DNA from: Candidatus Moraniibacteriota bacterium
Lineage (GTDB): Bacteria; Patescibacteriota; Minisyncoccia; Moranbacterales; UBA1568
Assembly (NCBI GenBank): GCA_052035095.1
Contig: JBPOHW010000007.1
Coordinates: 1,705 to 65,704 of the forward strand
Length of the DNA: 64,000 nucleotides
Direction: 5' to 3'
Below the pieces are notes generated by a model, which worked only from the letters and a program-made list of their open reading frames with translations, ran no database searches and had not been told where the DNA came from. Numbering within the stretch: position 1 is the stretch's first letter; each line of letters starts with the position of its first letter. The position numbers were made by a program, and so were the translations under genes. Positions 40,778 to 50,000 of this stretch are shown piece after piece.

Positions 40778-41707
40778 TCACGTCGTCGCTGGCGCGAAAA
40801 ACTCCGCAATTTGTCGAACGATGACGAGCGACGCGAGCGCGACCACGATACCGAGGAGTGCAAAAGTGACAATCTTCTTCGCCACCCCGATCCGATTCAT
40901 ATCCCCTGCCGCGCCGAGGAACATAATGCCCCCGATAACGAGGAAAATAATCGCGAGAATCCCTACGATTCCAAGAAGGAAATTGAGGACCGAGAGAAGG
41001 ATATCCGCGGCGCTCTTTGCACCCGAGACCTCCGGCGGAACCGTGCCGCCCCAGCCCAAGACCGTCGCGATTTCCTTGAGGAAGGTCGGCGCCAAAATCC
41101 CGATCGCGAGCCCGATGAGGGCCGCCGTGATCGCGAGCTTCGCCGCCGTCACCTGCGACTGTCGCCCGCCGGACGTAATGTACAAGACCGCTCCAATCAC
41201 GATAAAGACGAGCGAAAGCACGACAATGACACCCTGCAAAGCATACAACAACGCTGTCAAAACTTCTTGTACCGTATCATATTTCAAGGGATTGGGAAGC
41301 GTTATGCTCACCGACGAGCCGGATCCGGTTGTTGTCCCTCCACCACCCGTACCCCTTGGGGGACAATAATTTGGTTTCGTTGGATCCGTACATATAGATT
41401 TGCATCCTGTCTGTGTCGTATCATCATCCGCAGTACAAGTTGTCTTACAATAACTCGCATTGCACGTGGAGGAAGAACTGCTTGTTTCGCAGCAAATATA
41501 CCCTTCCGAACTACTGCAATTATCAAACGTTCCCGATTTAATAACTCCAGGAGAGGGGCAGGTTTCTTGGCATACGCATGTTTTTCCGCTACTGCATGAT
41601 GCCTGACATGTCGCCGCTTTTGCCCCTTCCGGTGCCACTGCAAACGCCCCCAACACCAGCACCCCCAACACGGCCGCTACCCTCCCAAATTGTGCCATTG
41701 TTTCCAT
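40778..41707 (-). CDS. Cys-rich domain fused to two VirB2/TrbC-like pilin units
   Basis: Signal peptide, Cys-rich block, LPNPL, then two hairpins (IVIGAVLYITSGG..AK; IGGIMFLGAAGD..AK). Confidence 0.75.
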   Translation of the reverse strand: METMAQFGRVAAVLGVLVLGAFAVAPEGAKAATCQASCSSGKTCVCQETCPSPGVIKSGTFDNCSSSEGYICCETSSSSSTCNASYCKTTCTADDDTTQTGCKSICTDPTKPNYCPPRGTGGGGTTTGSGSSVSITLPNPLKYDTVQEVLTALLYALQGVIVVLSLVFIVIGAVLYITSGGRQSQVTAAKLAITAALIGLAIGILAPTFLKEIATVLGWGGTVPPEVSGAKSAADILLSVLNFLLGIVGILAIIFLVIGGIMFLGAAGDMNRIGVAKKIVTFALLGIVVALASLVIVRQIAEFFAPATT

Positions 41708-41802
41708 AATGAGTAGTGAGTAGATAGTAGCGAGTAGATAGAAAATAAAATGTTTTCTACCTACCAAATACTGTCTACTCGTTGCTATCTACTGATAAAT
41801 AC

Positions 41803-42180
41803 CTAAATATTATTCCTGACAGACTTCATTAGGCCGGAGAGAATTTTACTTACCTGTATCGTTTCCTCAGCAAGGGCGTCAAAAATATTTCTTTCAAGAA
41901 ATCCGATATCTCGTGCAATAAGCAGTTGGTTTTGAAGTTCAAAAATAGATCCTCTGGAAATAGCGTAAAATTGAAGTTTTTCTTTGGAAGAGCTCCTGCC
42001 AAATCCCTCTGCAATGTTGGAAGTAATGGAAATAGCACACCGACGTATCTGATTCGTAAGAGAAAAAATTTCCGCCCTCGGAAAAGACTCAGTTGCCCGA
42101 TAGACTGCAAGCACCAATTTGTGCCCTTTCTGCCACACTACCAAATCCGTAAAAGACTGTATTTTTGATATATCGCCCAT
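41803..42180 (-). CDS. four helix bundle protein (23S rRNA-IVS / bAvd-like)
   Basis: FTDLVVWQKG, FPRAEIFSLTNQIRR, SITSNIAEGFGR, ISRGS..ELQNQL. Confidence 0.92.
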   Translation of the reverse strand: MGDISKIQSFTDLVVWQKGHKLVLAVYRATESFPRAEIFSLTNQIRRCAISITSNIAEGFGRSSSKEKLQFYAISRGSIFELQNQLLIARDIGFLERNIFDALAEETIQVSKILSGLMKSVRNNI

Positions 42181-42248
42181 ACAACCAAATACTGAAACAC
42201 CGAATGTTCTCTTGCTAGATACTCCCTACTATCTACTCGCTACTATTC

Positions 42249-43091
42249 TCACCCTCCCCACGCCGTCCCGCGCAACAAAGCATCGATCGCGATAATAATC
42301 ACGAGCCCGGCGAGCGCAACAATCACGCCCACGATGGAAAATTTCATATTCCGCTTCGCGGTCTCGATCATATTCATATTCCCCGCCGCCGCCAAGTACT
42401 GAATGCCCGAAATCACAAACGCGATAATCGCGAGGAATCCGAAGAGATAGAGCATCCACTTCATAAGATTGGTGACGATAAGCGCCACCGACGTTTCGGA
42501 GAGCCCCGTATTGAGCGGGAAACACACCCCCGCGTATTCCTTGAACTTCGCCGGATCGCACTTCACCGCCGTCGTCCCCGACCCGGTAGTACCACCCGTC
42601 TTGCAAAACTTCTTATTTGTCGCTTGTGAAGCGCATTGCGACGCACTGCACGTCGTATCCTCAGTCTCCCCCGTCACGCAAGCCGCCTTACAACCCCCAC
42701 CGGTACAGGATGAGGAAGAAAGGGTTTTACAACACACCAATTTATTATCTAAAGCTCTGCAATAACCATTGTCAGTAGAAACGGTAGTTTTTGGAGATAC
42801 ACAACCGGACATACTCTCACACGAACACGTCCCACCCGAACCGCAATTGCTGGTACAAGTGTTTCCGGAAGCAGTGACACAACACACTTGACCCAAACTG
42901 GATTCACAGTGATCTGAATCTGGACCAGATATTCCGGAAGAACACGTAGCACTCGCGGGAATACAGGTTCCGCTGCTCCCATTGTACGTACATGTCTGAG
43001 CAAAGACATCTCTGCCAAAAAACAAAGCCCCTGCTACAATGAAGCAAGAAAAAACAAAACTCAAAAACGAAATTCTCTTCATAAGAAACAT
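42249..43091 (-). CDS. Cys-rich domain + VirB2-like pilin
   Basis: Three Cys clusters, then FVISGIQYLAAAGN..AK..SIVGVIVAL. Confidence 0.75.
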   Translation of the reverse strand: MFLMKRISFLSFVFSCFIVAGALFFGRDVFAQTCTYNGSSGTCIPASATCSSGISGPDSDHCESSLGQVCCVTASGNTCTSNCGSGGTCSCESMSGCVSPKTTVSTDNGYCRALDNKLVCCKTLSSSSCTGGGCKAACVTGETEDTTCSASQCASQATNKKFCKTGGTTGSGTTAVKCDPAKFKEYAGVCFPLNTGLSETSVALIVTNLMKWMLYLFGFLAIIAFVISGIQYLAAAGNMNMIETAKRNMKFSIVGVIVALAGLVIIIAIDALLRGTAWGG

Positions 43092-43465
43092 CAAAAATAC
43101 GAATCGGCGCTCAACCACACATCGACTGCCTGAACGATCACGTACCCCATCAGCGCGACAATCACCCCGACGATAGACCACTTCATCGCTTCTTTGGCCG
43201 TTTTGATCTGACCGTCATTTCCGGCGGCCGTAAGATAGAGGATGCCCGAAATCACAAAGCCGATAATCGCGATGAAGCCGAGAAGTCCAAGGATCCAATC
43301 CATCGTACTGCCCGCGATATCAATAATAGGCGCAACTGGCAATCCCGACTGCATCGGCCCCGTAAGCGCCGGGTTCTCCCCCGTCTGCGCAAGCGCGCCA
43401 AGTGGCAGAAGCGCCATTCCCCCAGCTATTCCCCTCCGAACCCGCGAAACTATTGTGTGTTTCAT
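43091..43465 (-). CDS. VirB2/TrbC-like pilin
   Basis: GFIAIIGFVISGILYLTAAGND.QIKTAK..WSIVGVIVAL.GYV. Confidence 0.8.
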   Translation of the reverse strand: MKHTIVSRVRRGIAGGMALLPLGALAQTGENPALTGPMQSGLPVAPIIDIAGSTMDWILGLLGFIAIIGFVISGILYLTAAGNDGQIKTAKEAMKWSIVGVIVALMGYVIVQAVDVWLSADSYF

Positions 43466-43554
43466 ACAATATATTTAAAATAAGCTTTTTTCACTTTAAC
43501 GAAGACCAGCCTACCGGCAGGCAGGAATGCGCGAAGTGAGAAAATCTTAAAAGA

Positions 43555-43926
43555 TCAAAATGTTATTTCTCCCCCAAGCCACAAATCAACTGCTTGTATA
43601 ACCACGTACCCAACAAGCGCGACGATCACCCCGACGATAGACCATGTCATGGCGGTTTTCGCCGTTTTGATCTGACTGTCATTGCCTGCCGCCGTGAGAT
43701 AGAGGATGCCGGATATGATAAAACCGATAACGGCAAGAAACCCGACCAAGCTCAACATCCAGAGCATAAGATTGGAAACGATGCTATCGACACCACTCGA
43801 AGGAAGTCCGGATTCGGTCTGGAGCGTGCCGGACTTCGGATCGGACCACTGCGCAAGCGCCGGATGCGCAAGAAAACTCCCCGCCCCCAAAAAGAACCCC
43901 CTTGAAAAAATCTTCACGAATTTCAT
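43555..43926 (-). CDS. VirB2/TrbC-like pilin
   Basis: Paralog of its neighbours with the same core motif. Confidence 0.8.
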   Translation of the reverse strand: MKFVKIFSRGFFLGAGSFLAHPALAQWSDPKSGTLQTESGLPSSGVDSIVSNLMLWMLSLVGFLAVIGFIISGILYLTAAGNDSQIKTAKTAMTWSIVGVIVALVGYVVIQAVDLWLGGEITF

Positions 43927-44104
43927 ATATCAAATTGTACCACAAAAAAAGAAAATTCGAAAAAAAATTATTCCACACGAACCATAAAGAGAAAATATTT
44001 CCTGTCAAGCCCTCATTCTTCATTCACCATTCTCCATTCCTCCTCCAAAACCAAAACGCCCCCGAAAATCGGGAGCGCCTCGGCAAGAAATCTTCGAAGA
44101 ATTC

Positions 44105-44485
44105 CTATATATTCGTATTCGAACTCGCGTTGAGCCACGCATCCACCGCTTGTACGATGACATAGCCGACGAGCGCCACAATGACACCCATAATGGAATA
44201 CATCATCGCGGACTTCGCCGATTTGATCTGGTCTTCACGTCCCGCCGCCGTGAGATAGAGAATACCCGCGATCACAAAGCCGATAATCGCGATAAAGCCG
44301 AGAATGGCGAGGAGATAATTCATGGTCGTCCGAATGATCTCATAGATAGACGAGTCCGGCGTCCCGCCGCTTGCCGCGTTGTTGTCACCCACCGACCACT
44401 GCCCAAACGCCACCATCGGCACTGCCATAAAAGCAACCACCAACGCGAACGCGCCGATATTTTTGAAAATAAGCGATTGTTTCAT
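44105..44485 (-). CDS. VirB2/TrbC-like pilin (probable major subunit)
   Basis: Very strong SD GAAAGGAGGTGA before MKQSL; same core motif; hairpin downstream. Confidence 0.8.
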   Translation of the reverse strand: MKQSLIFKNIGAFALVVAFMAVPMVAFGQWSVGDNNAASGGTPDSSIYEIIRTTMNYLLAILGFIAIIGFVIAGILYLTAAGREDQIKSAKSAMMYSIMGVIVALVGYVIVQAVDAWLNASSNTNI

Positions 44486-44546
44486 ATGTTCTCTCACCTC
44501 CTTTCTGAAAAGAATAACTGCCAACTCACAACCTCCAACAGGAAAA

Positions 44547-44903
44547 TTATTCAAAAAACTTTGCAATCGCCAGTACCAAGATGAAAGCTCCCAATCCCAC
44601 CGCGACGCCGATCACTCCCCACGTAAACGCCTTCTTGGCAAGCTCCAATCGCGCCGTGTTGCCACCCGCCGTAAAATAGAGTATCCCCGCAATTACGAAC
44701 GTAAGTATAACAAGAAATCCGAATATCTCCAACAAAAAGTCAAGCATCCGCAAAAACGCCTGTGCCAAAGTCGGCGCATCATCAATCACCCCGGCGGCGG
44801 AAACCTCAAACGTTCCCGCTCCACAAAGCAGAAATAACAAGAGTACGCACACCCCGAGAACCCGCGTAAAATTTTTTCTCGAAAAGATCATAGAAAATTC
44901 CAC
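44547..44903 (-). CDS. VirB2/TrbC-like pilin
   Basis: FVIAGILYFTAGGN..LAKK..WGVIG. Confidence 0.75.
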   Translation of the reverse strand: MEFSMIFSRKNFTRVLGVCVLLLFLLCGAGTFEVSAAGVIDDAPTLAQAFLRMLDFLLEIFGFLVILTFVIAGILYFTAGGNTARLELAKKAFTWGVIGVAVGLGAFILVLAIAKFFE

Positions 44904-44915
44904 AAAGTTCTTCTT

Positions 44916-45539
44916 TCACGAAATCCGTTCTTTGGTTTCAAGTGTAATTGCCGCCGTGCCAATATATTGGCTCACTTCTTGCGTAAGCGACTCCAAATAC
45001 CGTGGAAATTTTTTGGCGTACTCGGCGAACTTTTTCCGACCTATGGAGCGAAGATCCAATTCTTGTAAGCCCATATTCCCTTTCCCTCGCGCTACCATAT
45101 AGAGCATATCCAGAAGCGCCTTCTCCGGTTCGGCAATGTACATGCCATTTTCCAGCCGATACCCGAAAAAAAGATTTTCCTTCACCTGCCGAAATTCAAT
45201 CGCCGTACCGAAAATACTCATCCTCTTGGTTTGTTTGAGCGTTGCAAACGTCTCCGTCGCCGGCATTTGACTCAAAATTCCATACCGAGAAAGCGCGCTC
45301 TCAAAAGAGAGATAGGACGGGTAGTAGAGTTGATTGGCGATTTTCGGTACATCGATAAGTGCCGCGCTCGAGGCATACACGCCGCGTTTCAAACGAGTGA
45401 GCGCGCCCTTTTCCGTCAAGCGAGAAACCGCCACTTTCAAACTCGGTCGCGAAAGCGCGGTTATCTTCTCCAAATCGGCCACCGTAAAGTAGTCTCGATT
45501 CAATGTCTGCAATCTCTGCATGAAGTCAAAGGTGGTCAT
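44916..45539 (-). CDS. abiEi: AbiEi-family antitoxin / transcription regulator
   Basis: wHTH (RL...G.L.RLKRGVY), SYLSFESALSRYG, IAEPEKALLD; ATGA-coupled to the upstream toxin. Confidence 0.85.
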   Translation of the reverse strand: MTTFDFMQRLQTLNRDYFTVADLEKITALSRPSLKVAVSRLTEKGALTRLKRGVYASSAALIDVPKIANQLYYPSYLSFESALSRYGILSQMPATETFATLKQTKRMSIFGTAIEFRQVKENLFFGYRLENGMYIAEPEKALLDMLYMVARGKGNMGLQELDLRSIGRKKFAEYAKKFPRYLESLTQEVSQYIGTAAITLETKERIS

Positions 45540-46216
45540 AGACTTTCTTTCTTCAGCCAACGGTCGAGGAGTTGCCACTTCCCTTGCGGCAAGAGCCGGT
45601 GCAAATCGCCGCGCACCTCATGTACCGAATACTTCCCAAAATTCATCTCGGGTGACTCGCCGCGCTGACTCCTGATAAACCACAAATCGAAAATATCACG
45701 AACACGAAGCGGATCGATACTCTCTTTTTCCCGTTCAATTTGCGCGATGGTCGCCACTTGCGCCAAAACCGTTACCGGAGTCACCTCGCTCGAAAGCTGT
45801 TTGAGAATATAATCCTCATTCTGTCGCCATTCTTTTTTTCGACGTGATATTTCCACCTTGATGCCAAGCGGACGCTCTAGCGTCGGATCGGTAATCACAA
45901 AACGAGCATAGAGCGTATAGTATTTCTGCAAAGCTTCATCAAGAGCAACATACGGTACGGACTTCGCCGTGTCATGGCACCACTCTTGAAACTTCGGAGC
46001 GGAAATATCGACGAGTTGCGTAAAATCCAAATCATCGGAGTATCGGTACGACCCATACGCAAGTCGAAGCGCCGTCCCTCCGCGAAAAACAAGATCCTTC
46101 CCGAAGTTGCTCTCAAAAATACGGCTCAAAAGAAGCATTTCATACTCTTCCCACACGATACGATCCACCGAGATTCCCAGCTGTTTCTGCTTTTCCAGTG
46201 CCAATTGTTTGTTCAT
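45536..46216 (-). CDS. abiEii: AbiEii-family nucleotidyltransferase toxin
   Basis: FRGGTALRLAY..RYSDDLDF, KVEIS, RDIFDL. Confidence 0.88.
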   Translation of the reverse strand: MNKQLALEKQKQLGISVDRIVWEEYEMLLLSRIFESNFGKDLVFRGGTALRLAYGSYRYSDDLDFTQLVDISAPKFQEWCHDTAKSVPYVALDEALQKYYTLYARFVITDPTLERPLGIKVEISRRKKEWRQNEDYILKQLSSEVTPVTVLAQVATIAQIEREKESIDPLRVRDIFDLWFIRSQRGESPEMNFGKYSVHEVRGDLHRLLPQGKWQLLDRWLKKESL

Positions 46217-46414
46217 ATAGTTATAAGATAGTTAACAAATTCGTTAACTTACCTATAAGTATACGCAACTCCCTCTTTCCTGTCAATCCCATAATTTTCG
46301 CGGCATCAAATTCAGTTTTGTATGCAAAACCAGACAAAACTGAATTTGAATTTCTGTCATTCCTTTCCAAATACCTGCAATTTTCTCAATCAGGAAGAGA
46401 GCACTTCACAACAC

Positions 46415-46978
46415 TTACTGCGGTATCACCCTCCCATTCGGACACGAGCTAAACCCGAAATTCACACCCGCGTATTCATCTCCCTCGATAGCGGAAACGG
46501 TTTCGTGAATATCAAGCGCGCAAGCATCTTGAGCCGAAACGCCCAACATTTCCAAGAGCTCCTTTTCGGCATTCACGCGAACATCAACGCTCGGAATCGA
46601 ATTAAAGGCGATAAAAAATTGACGGAAGGGATTGATATAGCTGATTGAATATTCGGGTTTTTCCGAGAGAATTCTATCTCCTTGAGGATTAATCGGCTCT
46701 TTTTTTACCAAGAAGTCCTTCGTAAGAACCTCTCCCGTTTTTCCTATTCCTTCAATAACGAAATATCCATTCGGATTTTTTTCCGGAAGTGGACGGGAAA
46801 AATCATTCGAGATATCCGGCGGCGCATTCAAGAGCTTCCAAACCTGAACAACAACAAAAAGAATAATAGCAATCAAAACAAGCGCCCCAACAGAGAGAAT
46901 GAGTTTCCTATTTTGAATAAGAAAATATTGTGATACAGGCATAAGAATTTTTCTTAAAACAAAAATCAAATCCCTCAT
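46415..46978 (-). CDS. membrane-anchored hypothetical protein of the pilin locus
   Basis: TGATG-coupled to the upstream gene; one TM; AEKELLEMLGVS..DAC motif. Confidence 0.6.
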   Translation of the reverse strand: MRDLIFVLRKILMPVSQYFLIQNRKLILSVGALVLIAIILFVVVQVWKLLNAPPDISNDFSRPLPEKNPNGYFVIEGIGKTGEVLTKDFLVKKEPINPQGDRILSEKPEYSISYINPFRQFFIAFNSIPSVDVRVNAEKELLEMLGVSAQDACALDIHETVSAIEGDEYAGVNFGFSSCPNGRVIPQ

Positions 46979-48516
46979 CAGAGACCGCAGCGCTTCTTTG
47001 TAACCGGCCACGGTCCCCACCCGCTTTGTTTATATAAAGTGCACGCCGCTGAAATATTTTTTGCCGCGTCCATAGCCCGTTGCGAACACTCGGTATATTT
47101 GGCGCGATTTATTACTGAACATCCCCACCCACATACATAGGTAACTCCTTTGCTATTTGTACAACGCTTTTTTGCGCCACCATTATTCCCTGCACTTCCA
47201 TTTTCCAATGAAAATACATTCTGCCAACAACAATCACTCCCCAACATACACCCGTTGGCAATAATATTGAGCTGAAAAAGCCCGAATGAAAACCGGTCGC
47301 CACTCTCATTTTGACATCGATCCGTATTGCTCGCCGCCGCCGTATTTCCACCTGACTCGACATTACACACCTTCGAAGCTGCTTCCGCGTTCCATGAGCA
47401 CGCTTTCCCAAGGTTTTCTGTCGTACAATACCCCGAAGTGATCACCGAACACGATCCATTTCCTGGTCCTCCGCCACTTCCGCCGTCCCCTCCACCCCCA
47501 CCGCTCCCACCTGTACCACCTGTTCCGCCAGTTCCCGTATATTTCGTCTGCGTATCGCAACTATACGTAAACCACGATCCGTTCGTCTTGATAGAAAAAC
47601 TCGCCGTATCGCTCCCCAGCGTCCCGTCCGCCAAGACCATCAGAATCACATTGATCGCGACCCATCCGAGAAGAACAATCGCAAGCCCAACCAACGCCGC
47701 CCAAATACCCGATTTCGCAAGACCCGTCAATTGCGGCTTCCCGGTCGAAACAATATAGAGTATCCCCATCGCGACCAACACCGCAAAGGCGATATACGTC
47801 ATCACCATCAGGATCCAATTGGTAATATTTTGAATAAGGATCAACAGGTGACACAGCGTGCAAATTTTCGTCTCGTCATCCGAAGTGGCAGGGTTATCGC
47901 ACGATCGCCCGCACGGCACGATCCCGGGATTTTCAGATCCGGAACACGTGGTTGCCGTTCCGCCATCACCTCCTCCGCCGCCGGAAGGCGTATAACAACA
48001 CGCGACTCCGTTCGCGGCACACCCCGACGCCCCCGTAAGCGCCGTCCCCGACGAACACGTCGCGCTCGTCGAGCACGACCCCGTCTGCATCGTCCCACTT
48101 GCATCTTTGCCGGTACAGGGAGTACTGTTTGGAGCAGACTTACAGCACTTTCCCTTTGTTATAGTCAAAGAAGCACACTGCCCATCACTGCCGGAAACAG
48201 GAGTATCGCCACTTTCACACGCGCTTTTACATATTCCTTCCCCACCGGTACTACAGAAAAACGCCGTCGTATTTGGAACACAGCAGTCCCACAACCCAAC
48301 ACCACCCGCAGTACATGCTCCGGTCGAATCATCCCTCGAAAGCTCATTCGCGTTACATCCGGGAGTACTCGGGCGACATTCTCCAGAATAAGACTTCCCT
48401 GTAGAGGTATCGTTAAACGTGCAGCTTGCCGCAGAAACAGAAAAAGTGAACACAAAAAACATCAGAAGCATGTATACTCCCAGCAAAAAAGAAAAATATT
48501 TCTTCAAAAATATCAT
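46978..48516 (-). CDS. Cys-rich repeats + pilin-like TM hairpin + lytic transglycosylase-like domain
   Basis: Three 6-Cys repeats, GIVPCGR..CTLCH, GILYIVSTG..AK, then ESGGN..SFGLFQLN..NISAA..GWGPW. Confidence 0.75.
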   Translation of the reverse strand: MIFLKKYFSFLLGVYMLLMFFVFTFSVSAASCTFNDTSTGKSYSGECRPSTPGCNANELSRDDSTGACTAGGVGLWDCCVPNTTAFFCSTGGEGICKSACESGDTPVSGSDGQCASLTITKGKCCKSAPNSTPCTGKDASGTMQTGSCSTSATCSSGTALTGASGCAANGVACCYTPSGGGGGDGGTATTCSGSENPGIVPCGRSCDNPATSDDETKICTLCHLLILIQNITNWILMVMTYIAFAVLVAMGILYIVSTGKPQLTGLAKSGIWAALVGLAIVLLGWVAINVILMVLADGTLGSDTASFSIKTNGSWFTYSCDTQTKYTGTGGTGGTGGSGGGGGDGGSGGGPGNGSCSVITSGYCTTENLGKACSWNAEAASKVCNVESGGNTAAASNTDRCQNESGDRFSFGLFQLNIIANGCMLGSDCCWQNVFSLENGSAGNNGGAKKRCTNSKGVTYVCGWGCSVINRAKYTECSQRAMDAAKNISAACTLYKQSGWGPWPVTKKRCGL

Positions 48517-48572
48517 ACAAGAAGAATCAGAAGCCTCCTGCTCATTGAAAATTGATCATTGCAAATTTTGAT

Positions 48573-49949
48573 TCACTTCCTCCCCACTTGCTGTATGCGA
48601 CTCTCGGCGGTGGCAAGCGCTTGCGGAATATTCGCTTCACCCAGATTGACCGAGCGGATCATATCGCCCAAAATTTTCTCGATACTCTCCGGATCCGCCT
48701 GTTTCCAACTCCGCGCGATGAGATTGCCATCGGCAAAGGGACCGAGGATTGGATCGGTTTTTTGTTTTTCGATGAGATCGCGGCGCGCCGCGGGGCGCTT
48801 CGTCTTCGCGAGATAGCTTTCCGCCGGATCAAAGGTTGTCGGGAAGTCCCGCGTATTCCCCGTAAGCGCGTTTTGCAGCGTTACCGTGCCACCATTTGGG
48901 AACGCGATATACTTCAAAAATTGCCATGCTTCGAAAATACGCGCCTTGGAATAGAGCGCAACGTCCTGTGTCCCCGCGGGCGCCGTCTTGTTCTTCGCAA
49001 CCGAAAATCCCCAGTAATTGGGGAAATTGAACGGCTGGGCGCCCAAGGGCTGTGGAAGAGGCGCGACCCCGAAATTCAATTTGGAATTCTTCCGCTTGAT
49101 AGTGTCGTAGTGCCAGGAATAGTTGATCATCATCGCCGCTGTCCCCTCATAGAAGGCATCGATCGAGTAGTGCATCACCGGATTCCACGTATAGAGCGAC
49201 GAGGTGGGGTTGGCGAACCCCGTATAAAACGAAAGCGCGTTCACGCCCGGAGCGCCGGTCAACCGGAGATCATTGCTCCCGCCGCGCGGCACCAAGACGC
49301 CGTTTTGGAGAAAGAGCGCCGAGAGGACATCGGTCGAGCGATTGATATTCGCGGAGGTGCCGAGCGCAACCCCCGACTGCGTTATTTCCCCGAAGGAGTT
49401 GATGCGCGTCAAGAGTCGCACATCGTCTTGAAATTCATCCCACGTCACCGGCGGTCGCGCGATGCCGACCGAGGAGAGGATGTCTTCGTTATAATAGAGC
49501 GCGAGCGAATCCGCCGAGAGCGCGACCCCGAGTATTTTCCCGTCGGTCGCGACGAAATCATCCCCGACCGTATCCACAAACACGTTCCGATAGGTACGCT
49601 CGTCGATCATCCCCTCGGGCGCCGTCACGATTTTGTCGGCAAAAGCCGGCGTCCAAGAATTGCGCACCAAGAAAATATCTGGTCCATTCCCCGCCGCGAG
49701 TGCGTCCAGGAGATCCTGGCGATACGTGTCCACATTGAATTTCCGATAGACAATCTCCCCGACATTCGTATTCATTTCTTTATACTTCCCGATCACCTGC
49801 TGAAACGCGTCCGAATCGTCAAAGACGCCCCATACTTCGAGGTTCATCCGATACTTGGTCTCCGAAGTCCGCAAACCGCACCCCGAAAGCGAAAGCGTCA
49901 CCACCCCAAGCACCACCCCGACCACAATTCTCCCAAAGACCTTCTTCAT
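48573..49949 (-). CDS. extracellular solute-binding lipoprotein (SBP family 1)
   Basis: Lipobox LSGC, LAAGNGPDIF, LALYYNED, PPVTWDEF, AWQFLKY. Confidence 0.88.
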   Translation of the reverse strand: MKKVFGRIVVGVVLGVVTLSLSGCGLRTSETKYRMNLEVWGVFDDSDAFQQVIGKYKEMNTNVGEIVYRKFNVDTYRQDLLDALAAGNGPDIFLVRNSWTPAFADKIVTAPEGMIDERTYRNVFVDTVGDDFVATDGKILGVALSADSLALYYNEDILSSVGIARPPVTWDEFQDDVRLLTRINSFGEITQSGVALGTSANINRSTDVLSALFLQNGVLVPRGGSNDLRLTGAPGVNALSFYTGFANPTSSLYTWNPVMHYSIDAFYEGTAAMMINYSWHYDTIKRKNSKLNFGVAPLPQPLGAQPFNFPNYWGFSVAKNKTAPAGTQDVALYSKARIFEAWQFLKYIAFPNGGTVTLQNALTGNTRDFPTTFDPAESYLAKTKRPAARRDLIEKQKTDPILGPFADGNLIARSWKQADPESIEKILGDMIRSVNLGEANIPQALATAESRIQQVGRK

Positions 49950-50000
49950 ATCGCTTTTTTATTTTTTGGTACATTGACACCTTCCATTCGAGAAACCACC

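Noticed and set aside
41803-42180. Diversity-generating retroelement around the Avd-like gene
   Set aside because: No reverse transcriptase and no TR/VR pair differing at adenines were seen in the window.
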